Of a stretch of DNA of 64,000 nucleotides, positions 50,425 to 62,002 are shown piece after piece. The stretch spans positions 1,426,001 through 1,490,000 of the forward strand of contig NW_027191404.1 of assembly GCF_041146345.1 (NCBI RefSeq). The letters run 5' to 3'. The position numbers were made by a program, and so were the translations under genes. Origin of the DNA: Neodothiora populina (lineage: Eukaryota). The notes beneath the pieces were generated by a model that was not told where the DNA came from, searched no databases, and was given only the letters and a program-made list of their open reading frames with translations. Each line of letters starts with the position of its first letter. Position 1 is the stretch's first letter.

Positions 50425-53400
50425 ATGGCCCGGAAACAGGCTCCGAAGAAGGCTGCTCCTCAGCAACGTGGACAACTGAGCATCACATCATGGACGACAG
50501 GCAGAACACTGCCTACACCTGCACAAAGCGTGTCAGACCCAGAATCAGATACAATCAGTGTCCTTCCCGCAGACCATGTCAATGTGGGACTCAGAGATAG
50601 AGACTCCGAGTCCCCTCAGATCGGTGTGCAAAGCGACGATCTTGACCAGCCAGATCCCTATATGAGAGTCATCTCTAGCGAAGGTCAGTTCAAACGAGGG
50701 CGCAGATGTACCTGGAGCGTATTCACAGATTGCTAACATGACTCCCTTCTTAGAATACCCATTCAAGAAGAGACGTCTCCTTGTGGCTGTAGAGAGTGAG
50801 CCGCCTTCCCTCGATCACAAATCCCCCAATCATCTTACCCATAAGGCAGTTCCCTCGCCCGCGCCTAGTCATCAATCCTCCGAGGTTGCGCCTGAAAGCC
50901 ACCATACCGTTCCTCACATCGATCAAGACATCACACCAAGAGCGGAGCAACCATCCGCCGGTCGAGCACGGCGCGGAAAGCGTATGAGTTATGCAGCAAT
51001 GTTCAAACAAGATTCCGTTGCCGGCGACGGTGGTGAACAGGCATCGCCAGATTCCGAGGATGACAACTTTGCCCTCCCGGACGAGCCAGAGATGCCTTCG
51101 GAAGAAGAGGAGGAAGAAGAGGAGGAAGAAGAAGAAGAGCCAGATTCCGAGACCAATGATTCGTCTGTGGAAGAGGAGCAAGAGGCTAAACCTCGTCGCG
51201 ACACAGCTTCGAAAAATGCAAACCGCAAGGGCAAAGCTCCGAGAAACGCTATCCCTCCACCTTTACTCAGTAGCATAGACAAGACAAACGACAAAGCCAA
51301 AGATCATATGAAGAGGCTGATCAAGCGTGCGAAAGATGGTGTAGACTTGAGCCTCCCTCCACTCTTCAACATCCGCGATATCTTCATACACATGACGGAA
51401 AAGGGTCTAAGGCTTAAGAATGGCTTTGCAGATACTCTCAAGGCGATAGAGTCGCGCCCGCTACGTGTGGCAACCATGTGCTCTGGTACAGAGAGCCCAC
51501 TGCTTGCGCTCGAGAGTTTTAGAGAGTCATTGTCCGCTCTCAATCTTCCTGGCTTCAATATTGAGCATGTTTTCAGCGCCGAGATCGAGCCTTATAAACA
51601 AGCATACATCGAGAGGAATTTTCACCCACCGACAATATTCAGGGACATTGTCGAAATCACACATTCCGAAGATGGCTTCGCCACTACCGCGTATGGTGCT
51701 AGAGTCGCCATACCAACGGATGTGGATATTGTCATCGCTGGAACCGCTTGTGTTGATTTTTCGGGCCTCAATCGCAGGAAAAAGGGCCTTGACGACGGTG
51801 GTGAGTCTGGAGACACATTCACTGCAGTCTTGACATACGCGAAAAAGTACCGCCCCCGTCTGCTCATCCTTGAGAATGTTTTCAACGCGCCCTGGAATTC
51901 AATGCTTGCTCGCTATGAGGCCGCGGGCTACGCCGCGACCGGCGTTTTGGTTGACACTAAAGAATACTACCTGCCTCAAACCAGGCATCGCGGTTACATG
52001 ATCTGTGTCGACAAGGAGAGTGCGACTCTAGCAGGAGCAAATGCTAGCCGTATAGTCGAGGCATGGTCTGAGCTGATGGAAAAGTTCAAGCGACCCGCAA
52101 GCTCGCCCGTGTCAGCCTTCTTGATGCCACACGACGATGGCAGTGTGATACTCTCCCGCGATCGTGTCAACCGACAGTCAGTCCTTGATTCTGTGCTGCG
52201 AGATGTCGACTGGTCCAGATGTGAAGAGCGCCACAAAGTCTATCGCTTGACCGCGAAACTCGGCAACGCCAAGCCTTATACCTCGTGGGAACCTAGTGGA
52301 GCCATAAAGCTCTACGACTATTGTGATCGCGCCTGGCATAACGCCCAGGTCGAACGTATCTGGGACTATGAAGACTGCTCTATGCTGCGCAAAGCTCGCG
52401 ACTATGACATCCAATTCAAGACACGAGTCTGGGATACTTCGCAGAACATTGACAGATATATTGATACCTCTCCGTTCGGAGTGTCGTCCTGCCTGACACC
52501 ATCTGGCAATTTCTACGTCACGGACCGTGGTGGCCCTTTGACATTTGCTGAAAGCCTAGGTTTGCAGGGCTTACCTGCCGAGAAGTTGATCTTCACCTCG
52601 GAGACCGAGAGGCAAATCCAAGATCTTGCTGGGAATGCGATGAGTTCGACCGTGGTAGGCGCTGCTCTGCTGTCGGCGATGATAGCCGCGAAGGACGTTC
52701 TGCATTTGGCTGCCGAGAAGAGAGAGCCTGTACGCTTACAAACCCAAGATCATTCAGCAAGCTCTCCACCGACCTTGCAGGGTAGCTTGGTCGCTAAGGA
52801 GCTAGGGTCTCGCGATCTCGCAATTGACTTCCAGCGATTGATAGAGCATGCTTCTTCGTCAGCCAGCAGGTGCTATTGCGAAGGTCAAATTTCCACCGCG
52901 GCAAAACCAATCCAGAGTTGCACGCTTTGCGGACATACCACTTGTCTCAGCTGTGGCGGCAAACCTACTCATGACTATGGGGTTCCAAGCCGCGAGGAGC
53001 GCAGAAGTCCTCAGAGTTTCGTTCAAGAGTGGCGACCCGGTTTCCCAATATGTCTAAGCTTTGATGATCCGCAACGTGTGGAAGACTTCATCTTGCAGAT
53101 TATGGGCAAGAGAAGCGAACAGCCAGGACATAAAATCAACCAAGTCTTGAAAAAGTCCTACCCCTCGATCGTGAGGAACGCTGTCGCTGGTGAATTCAGA
53201 CTCAGTCACTTCCGAAGAGCTTCTGTCTGGAAGGTCGTATACGAAGCCGCTGACGCTCGTCTGGTATTGACAATTGATCCGAAAGGCTTATATTGGGAAC
53301 TATTCTGCTTACCTGCAGCGAACCTAGCTGGCAACGACGTTCATCGTCACTTTCTCGAAAAACCCGTCGCTAAGGCCATGGTAGGCGATTCCGGTTTACT

Positions 53401-56400
53401 GGGTGTTGCTTGGCAATGGCGCATTCCCGAAGATATCAAGTTTGGTCTCAAAGTAGCCACAGGGGGCGAAATGGTACCTTCCTGGACTGCGAGATTGAAA
53501 TTACCTGGCGAGGAGAACATGAGACTCTCACAGCTGCTCAAGATAACGTATGCCACGGGTCAGAACAGTGACTTGCAAGAAGACATCTCCGGCACTTATG
53601 AACATCTGAGATACTGTGGAACTGCTTCTGAAGCGTTGTATCGCAGGACCAAACCCGACGACGATCAATTATACCTTTTCCTTGATCCCGCACGTCTAGG
53701 TGATGGTAAAGGGGACAAGTTCGTCTTCTCGGATAATCCTGAGCGCTTGCAATACGATGAGACTCGGAACGTCATCGCTTCTATCGGCTGCGACTGGAGA
53801 CCATGGAACAGCGACGTATCGTCAGCTATTGGCATGACTGACAGTTACTGGGTTACCGAAGCTAAGACCTCACTGCTTGCTACAGAACCGAAGCTCGAGG
53901 TATACGCTCATTCAGATCTGAATCACTTCTCTGGGCAACATACTTGTTCATATGCTCATTGCATCGTCCGCTGCGATTTCCAGGTCGATGAAGCCCTGCC
54001 CACCTTATACCAGGGTTCAAAGCAGATCAAGCCAGATGACAAGGCGTTCTTCCGAGCGTTTGCTTGGGCGCTCACTCCAGTCCAACAACACCTTAAATAT
54101 GGCGAAGAGTTCACTATAACCTCAGATCACTTCGCCTCCTGTCCGACCTGCGCGCCCGCGTTACCCCAGATAAACTAGACTCTCAGCCAAAATAATGGAA
54201 AGTCATTTATGCGACCATTCGAGGAGCCAAAGTCTGCAACAGACTACGAGGTTTTATTGAAGACCCGCCCTGACATCTTCACGACCAGAAGCTCAATAGA
54301 TGGCAATCGTGGTACAATTGACATAGGATTCAATAGCCTCGCACTTGCCCACCGGGCGCTTTCCAGATTACACAGATTGACTGCCAAGGGGTATATTTCC
54401 ACCAGCTGGAAATTCGACGCAAGTTTCTCCGATATGCCTCTGTCACTTCCTGACTTCCATCTTAGAAGCAATGACCCAAACTGTCCTTTGCATATTGCCC
54501 TGCCCGCATCTGTAAAACTTTGGGAGAAACAAGAACAATCTCTAGCTTGGATGAGAAGCCAGGAAGCCGGTAATGGCAGGGAGGTCATACTCGAGGCAGC
54601 CGAGGAAGCCATCTTGCCTCATCTTGGCTGGCGTGCAGAGGCTAGATCGAAGGCTTCATTATGCATCAAAGGTGGTATACTGGCCGATCATCCTGGCTTT
54701 GGAAAGACCATAACCTCGCTTAGCTTGATCTATGCAGATTTCGTTGACCACGCAAATGCACCAGATCTGCACAAGGCTATTACAGAACGAATGAGCCCTC
54801 TTTCCGTCGATGCAAGCCAAAGCCCCATCAAGATTGCTGCAACGCTCGTTATCTTGCCCAAGACGATTACAAAGCAGTGGTACGAAGAAGTGGGACACGT
54901 ACTCGGCCGAGAATATCAGAAGAAGACTCTTTTGATCGAAGACATGAAGGACCTGAACAAGTACAGCGTCCAACACTTCCGCGATGCACGAATCATCCTC
55001 CTGAATCGTGGAATCATTGGCCGAGAGAGCTATTTGCAACGTGTCGCTAAGTTTGCAGGTCTCCCTGAGTATGGACCAGCGACCAAAAAGCGAGACTTCA
55101 AAACCTGGCTTGAACTCGCTGTACCAAAGGTCGCCGAGCATGCCAATATCCTGACGAGCAAGGGATCTAGTGTTCTGTCGAAGACCATCAAGGAAGAGAC
55201 AAAGGAGAGACTTTGCAATAGGACAGTCCGTACCTTTGCCAGTAAGCGTCTGAAGGGCCAAGCCTATGTAGAGAAAGGACAAAACAAATCTCGCCATGCT
55301 GAGAAGGAGGCGGACCTCGAGCGCACTATCTCGACGCCTAGTGCCAGGGAGTTGAGCGGCTGCGTTCTTTTCGAGATGTTCCATTACAATCGAATCATCG
55401 TAGATGAGTTCTCATATTTGCTCGACAATGAAGGAGGATCCATGACCTCGATGACCACATTGAGCGCAGACAAGCGTTGGGCGTTGTCTGCTACACCGCC
55501 CTTGAAAGATGCGTATGATGTCGCGCAGCTCGCCCGGGTGATAGGAATACCGCTCTCACGGGGGTTCTCTATGCCTGGGCTTCTTTCAGCAAAGAACTTA
55601 GCCGCGCTCCAAGAAGACATGACCAACGTGGAATTGTTCGAGATGTTCTCTGAGGCTCCTTCGTACATCATGTTAGGTCGCATCCACGAGTTGGCGCAGA
55701 AGTTTCTTGACGCCTTTGTTCGTCAGAATATACTGCAATTCGCCGACTTCCGATATGATGATCACATCGTTCCGGTGCACCTGAACTTGGATCATAGAAT
55801 TGTATACAACGAGCTGTCTCAGCAACTCAACTCACAGGATATGAGGATCAAGCGCTCGAGCAAGAAGTCCGTCGAAGGTCAAGATCGTGAAGAACATATT
55901 CATGACTCTGTACGTGGACTCAAGCTTGCTGAACAGGCTCTATCTAATCGCGCGACTTTCTTTTCTTCTATCGAGCTCGGCCACAAACATGGTGGCATCC
56001 ATGCGCTGCTCGAGAAACGTAGAGAACAATGTGATATCCACAAGAGCGAGATCAGACACGCAATCGATGTGAACCGCTTGTTGAGTTCCAAGTTGAGGGG
56101 TGAGGAACGCCCGTTCGAGGAGTGGCAGAAGACAAATTTGGACAGTGACGAGATCGGAGATCAGGGAGTCTCCGACACAATCAAGACCATGATCGCCGCA
56201 GCCCGGCCTGTCACCAAAGCGCTAGAGGTATCAGATGAAGAGCGCTCCGAAGACGAGACATCTGACGACGGTGGCAAGTCAAAGAAAAAGAAGAAGTCGA
56301 AGGAATCGAGACCTGTTCTGGACCAGGCTAGGGCAAAGCGTGCGAAGTTGAACTTCCTTGTCAAGAAGCTATTGGCGGTCACGCGATCCATCCGTTTTGT

Positions 56401-57430
56401 CGAAAATGCGCGGCGCTTGCATGGTGCACAGGAAGAAGGCAAAGAAGTCGACCGTTGTGATTTTCAGGATTGTGCTGGCAATAGAGCCTTTTCTCAGCTC
56501 TCGGCGGCCTCTGTGTGTGGTCACATAGTCTGTGATGCATGTTATCAGAAGTCGCAGTTGCTAGTCGGCAACTGCGGTGCTCCAGGCTGCAGAAATACCC
56601 TCCAAGAGTTCCAACTTCTGAAAGCCAAAAAGCTGGTCTCGGTCAACGAGGCATCGGCGAATCCTCAGGATCAGAGCCAAAAGATCGCTGCCGTGATTGA
56701 GATCCTTCGGCGAATCCAGGAAGTCCGCCAGCAAGCGATTCTTTTTGTGCGTCAACACGAGCACATCGAGACTGTACAGGCGGCACTCGAAACAAATGGC
56801 ATCAGAAGCGAAGCCATCAACAAAGAAACCGCCAAACGCATCGAAGACTTTCAGAGAACTCAGGCCGTCGACAAGAAGACAGTCATCATAATAAATGCCG
56901 ACGACGAGTCCGCAGCAGGCACTAACCTCACCAACGCCAATCATGTGATCTTCCTTTCGCCACTGCTAAAACTTGATCAATACGGGTACGAGTCTCAAAT
57001 GGCGCAGGCAATCGGTCGTGTGCGTCGACCAGGCCAGAAGAACGACATCTTCGTCTACCGCATGGCTTCACTATACACAATCGACATCGACGTCCTCGAG
57101 CACCGCGAACGCCGCGACAGGATCCTCATGGAGAAGAAACCAAACGAAGTCTGTGGCAGCAAAGACCCAGCATCACGCGAGGACATCGACATGGACGCCG
57201 TTGATACTATCACCGCACCCTTCACTGCAGAAGAGACCTCGCAGACCGCCGAGCGCACTCAGTTGATCAAAGACTGCGATGGCCGTTTCAAGCTCGTCCC
57301 CAAGAGTCTTCTTTTGCGCAGACCCGAGAGCGAGGGAACCGTGGACATCCAAGGTCGCGCGCGAGTCAAAGGTTTCGAAGAATATATCGCCTTGATCAAG
57401 TTCTCGAAGGCTTACAACGCCGACGACTAG
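50425..57430 (+). CDS. DNMT5: DNMT5-type C5-cytosine DNA methyltransferase fused to SNF2 ATPase/RING (~2311 codons), interrupted by one in-frame TAG at 54176-54178. Intron 50684-50753
   Basis: MTase motifs ATMCSGTESP (I), AEIE (II), AGTACVDFS (IV), LENV (VI), PQTRHRGY (VIII), LAGNAMS (X). SNF2 motifs GGILADHPGFGKT, IVDEFSY, LSATP, AGTNLTNANHVIF, QAIGRVRRPGQ. RING-like CGHIVCDAC..C..PGC. ORFs 50738-54178 and 54209-57430 share a frame with only 10 sense codons between them. Confidence 0.92.
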
Positions 57431-59199
57431 AGGGGAGATGAGGGTGTATGTGAAAGAGTGACAGTGAAGGGTTTCTTGTTCATTCTGGATCGATCAACCA
57501 TCGAAAGGAAACTGTTACCTACTCGCTTCACCACTTTCTAACTTTCTTCGAAGTTTCTCGCATTTGTACCCAACCGATTAGCCAGGCACTTGCACTCGAA
57601 TTGCATTACCAAGGCAGACATTGTATAGAGTAATAAACTACTGCAAATCTTATCTTACTATACTGTACATTCGAAGCCCTTCGCGCTCGAACAGAAACAG
57701 ATAGAGAAGGAGAAAAGGAAATGTGGACAGATCCTAAATCGAGGTGTCGTCCTGCTTTGTATAGAGTATATAGCTTAGAAAAGCAAACCAGAATAATAAC
57801 CAAAAAAGTTGTACAAGTAAATGGAGAGCTCAGCGTCATCTTACCTGTGCGCGAGGTATGTGAAGATGTGAAGATACACAGATATGAAGACACAAAGATT
57901 CGAAAACATGATATCTTGCAGCCGTGATCATGTCAAGATATGGAAATGTGGATGAGGGCGTGGCATTTCGGATCTTTTTGTGTCCCGTACTTGTCCCGTA
58001 TTGTGTTGTCTTGTCGTTGCGTGCCGTGTCTCTGCTTGATTTCTGCTTGGGTCTTGTGTCGTGAGACTCGCCTGTAATGGATCCATTGATGGATGCAAAG
58101 CAGTATTTATCTCTAGTGGTTTTCCAGCGACGATGGCCAAACAGCAGCACCAGCAAAGAAGCATCCATCACTAGCACCAGCACCAGCAGAGCAGCAACAG
58201 CACAGTATCGAGTGGCCTCTGCATTTGCCACAGACAGCTCTATGAGAGCAAGCAAGGTACATTAAGTAAGCAGTCACGTTCTAACCGCGCTCACACTCCT
58301 GATGGTCAGTCCTGCAACACAGCAAAGGCACGATGATGATTTGCATTCCGGATCATAGACGGCTAGTTGATCTTGAATTCAGAATAAGATCTGTAATCAA
58401 AAGTTTTCTTTAAAATGATATAGCATGACTAGGTAGAGTAAGGTAAGTAAGTACCGAGAGGCCCCATGTAGGCCCGTAGGGTACTGAAGTGCAGAGGAAA
58501 GAAGAAAAAAAGCCGAAAAGAATCTTGTCTGTGTCTTTGTCTGGAGAAGAAGAAAAAAGACACCCAGTTGCATTGGTGGGAGTACCATGCACGTAATGAA
58601 GATCCGAAAAAGAGAAGGGGGAAAAGTGTATGGTGAAATGTAACCGGCTCTTATTCCGCCTGCGGTCGTAGTGAGAAGTGAAGTAAAGAAGAAAGAAAAA
58701 GAAAAGAAAAGGCATTACGCATTCGAGCAGCCTGGGACTGCTGATTGCTTCCGCGTTGCTTGTGGTTGTAGAAAATGCTCATTGTGCCCCCCCGCCCCTT
58801 GGTTCGAAGTCTGTCATTATTTGAATAATTCTGTGGCGAAGTACGGGTAAGGATACTTGCATAAGATCCTAGGCGCCCGCTGATCCTTTATACTCGTCGC
58901 GAGCGCCAGTGCTGTAGGTTGTCGTGAAGATCGACTGAAAGCATGGTGTATACCCATTTGCTAATCGATCATGCTTGAGGGTGGTGAAGACTGTAAAATG
59001 CTTGATGAGGTCGGACTTCTGAGCCGCCGTTTAGAGATATATCGATGCTTGATGATCTTGTCGGCTAGCATAATGCTGGAGATCGCTCTTTCATCATAAT
59101 AGTCAAGTGCGAAACTGTTTCGATTTGCGCTTTTGTGGGACGCGAGGTGGCGTGAGCCCATCTACGAGTGGATGTATAGGTGGCAAGTTCGACGGGTTT

Positions 59200-60542
59200 T
59201 CAGACCTTGCCTTTCTGAGAGGATTTGCCTTCAGAAGTGTACATTGGGACGGCTCGGACCATCTGTTCGGTAAGCTCCTTCTCTGCAAGCTTTGGAGTTC
59301 TGGATTCTGCGTTGTAGTAGTGATCAGGCCAGTCGATGAAGGCAACGCTGTCCGCTTTGATGCGGACAAGGTAGGACGAGAAGCGGTCTTCATCGGCCAT
59401 GAAGAACCAACGCCTACCTTGGAACGAGAGTTTCAGAGTCTGTAGGCGAGCACTATCTCCCAGTAGACGTAGCGCTGCATATAGATCTTCGTTACTTGTG
59501 AAGCGACGATCGTCAATGCTCTTCAGACGAGGATTCAGCGATGGAACGAGATCCTCGAAGATGAAGATTATGTGACGTATCAAGCCAACGTTAGTAGGCC
59601 CGAGAGCAGAGAGGAAGTAGCGGATGTCCCTACATGTATGTTAGCACAGCAGACACAAGCGTTCGATCGAGAGCAGCAGTGCACTGACTTGTACGCAATC
59701 TGGTAAGCTCCAGATTCGAAGCGACGAGTGCGTGTCTCTCTTGAAGCTTGGAAATAGAACGTATTCTCGGAGTACAGAATGCTCTTTCCTTCCTCATGGA
59801 CCTGTTTGCAGGTCCTGAGAAAGTGTGATGAGCGGCCAAAATTACGAGGATGACCAAAGTCGAGCTTGTCAGGAGTGACGAAGAGGAGACGATAGACCTG
59901 GTTCCTCAACTCGGGGGGAAGACTCAAGAAACCCGCCTTTCCTGTGCGTTTCGGACTGCTGTGAGTGAACAACTTGCGAGATGAATTCGATTCAGACGAA
60001 GATCTGGATTTGCTGGCATAACCTGAATCGGCCAACGAAGGCGTGTGCGGAGCACTCTGCAAGGATGACTTCGTCGACATGGCGTTTGGTAAATTGGCCA
60101 GAAGGTTGGCATCAAGATTCACCACAAATGGTCCAGAGTAGCCGGGAGGTATGTGGAAGGTAAACGAGACCGGATGAGTCGAATCGTGAAGGCTGTTGGA
60201 TTCGCGAGAAGCAACGACCTCATCAAGAGGTTCCGTGTCGTCGATCAGCCGACGGGGAGTCATTGGAGGAGTCGGTGAGCGCTTCCGCTTTTTCGCCACA
60301 CGGACATTGTCGTCGAAATCATCAACGAAGACGTCCTCGTCTTCGTCACTCATGGCATCGTCTGGGTTAACGTAACTGGGCTGCAGTGACTTGCGACCTG
60401 CACTCCTGCGGATTGGTCGGCCAGTACGAGGGTTGTAGTCCGTAGGCAATTTGACATCGTCAATAATTTGTTTGCTACTGATCGGATCTACCAGATTTGC
60501 AGTTTTCGTCTTTCGCTTGTTGCTCTTCCTGGTGGGCGCCAT
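59200..60542 (-). CDS. Uncharacterised fungal protein with F-box-like FLSLPPELRNQVY motif (DUF7730-like). Intron 59688-59630
   Basis: FLSLPPELRNQVYRLL, FLRTCKQVHEEGKSILYSENTF, spliced KDIRYFLSALGPTNVGLIRHI; basic/acidic disordered N-terminus. Confidence 0.75.
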
Positions 60543-62002
60543 TGTGGAAGAGATGTCGAGGAAGGCTTGAATTTGCAGAATGTCCTTTCCGGAAATTCAA
60601 TTCACTTGGTGTTACAGCCTTCTCAGCGCGCGACCAAGAGCGACGGCGTTCTGACGGACAATCCGAGAGAGATTCCTGATAGGCTGCGATTGGCCTCGAC
60701 GACGCCGGTCAGGAGTGGCTTTAGGCAGATGAGATGAGTTGATGACTTTGTTTGTCTGCGATGATGAAGAGGAGAAGGCACGCTTTGAAAGGAATGTGAG
60801 GTTGTGTTTCTGGACCCCGCGCTAATTGTTGGCAAGATGCACGGCCTTCGGACGCTAAAAGGAGACAATTGATGCCAAGATGAGTGTTATAGGTGTGGAA
60901 TCTGGAGTTTTTGGTGTAATAAAGCTCGCGGCGCGTATGAGCATCGCCCATTTTACACGCTCAACAACATAACATGGAGCTGCAATTACAGACGCACATG
61001 TTGCACGTATTGTCGCTGCAGAGATGGGCTGACGACAGCCGAGGGCCTAGAGCCTGAGCGCAGTACCTCTGCGCTCACGACTCAGGGTTCGTCGGTATAT
61101 CGGTCATAGGGTGTTCGCATGCCGGTTGGGCCTTCTTGGTCCTGGGTTTTTGTTGTCTCGGCACAGGCTGAGCTTTAGCAATGTGCATCACAGCTGCAAT
61201 GAAGTAGTAGTAGTGGTAATAACAATTGGACAAAAAGAGACGTGTATACCTGACCTACTGTACCTGTCCGAAAATACTATCTTCTGTGCAGCAAATACTC
61301 ATGCTCTATTCTCAGAGGTTCAGCATAGAGACCCGAAGAGATACCGATGAGCGGGAATTGACTTGGTTCGTGGGACAAACTCAGCTTGTATTGTGTTATG
61401 GCTAGGCTATATATAAAAACTCGAGTAACAGTCCCCCTGCAACACATGTGTCTTTCGCCATAGCTGCAATGTGACCAGATGTGGTTGCTGCATGATGCCG
61501 CTTCGCGGTGTAGGACACAACACTTCCAGTCAGGAGGTTCAATCGCCTGTCAAAATGGTGGTTGGGAACCCCAGGCGTGTCAGATCAGCTACCACGTCGA
61601 CCAGCGTGAGCCGGACGAGTGAAAGGTCTGCCGTGGAATAGAGGTCATCTCATCATCCTGGAATTAGTTGTGTACTGGGAGGAAGAGGTTCGAGGCGCGA
61701 CGCGTTTTTGACATTCGCGCCAAGACATGGAAAGATGGTGTTCGGCGAGCTTGGCAGACTAATCCGCAAAGAGCCGCATACCGATGACGGCTGCCGATGG
61801 GCGAAGAATGAAGTCCGGCGGCCGAGTTCGCGCGAGAGAGAGAGAGAGTGGGCCAGAGTTGTTAGAGGTGCTCGAGGTGATAAGCGTGAGGTGCTCTGGC
61901 TCCCGCTTTGAGAATCTGGAGAGGATGTTTGTGGGAGGCGACCCGGCAGCTATATAATCACTAGAGTGGCGCAACTTCTCTCCTCTGTCCATACACGCAA
62001 AC

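Noticed and set aside
54140..54210. Intron that could remove the DNMT5 TAG
   Set aside because: Nearby GT dinucleotides (GTCCGA, GTTACC) are poor donors, there is no well-placed branch/acceptor at normal intron length, and splicing would delete the CxxCAP motif. Not formally excluded without cDNA.
57600..58720. Low-complexity CAG/AAG-rich tracts and short ORFs between convergent genes
   Set aside because: Typical 3' UTR/intergenic simple sequence with no coherent coding or array structure.
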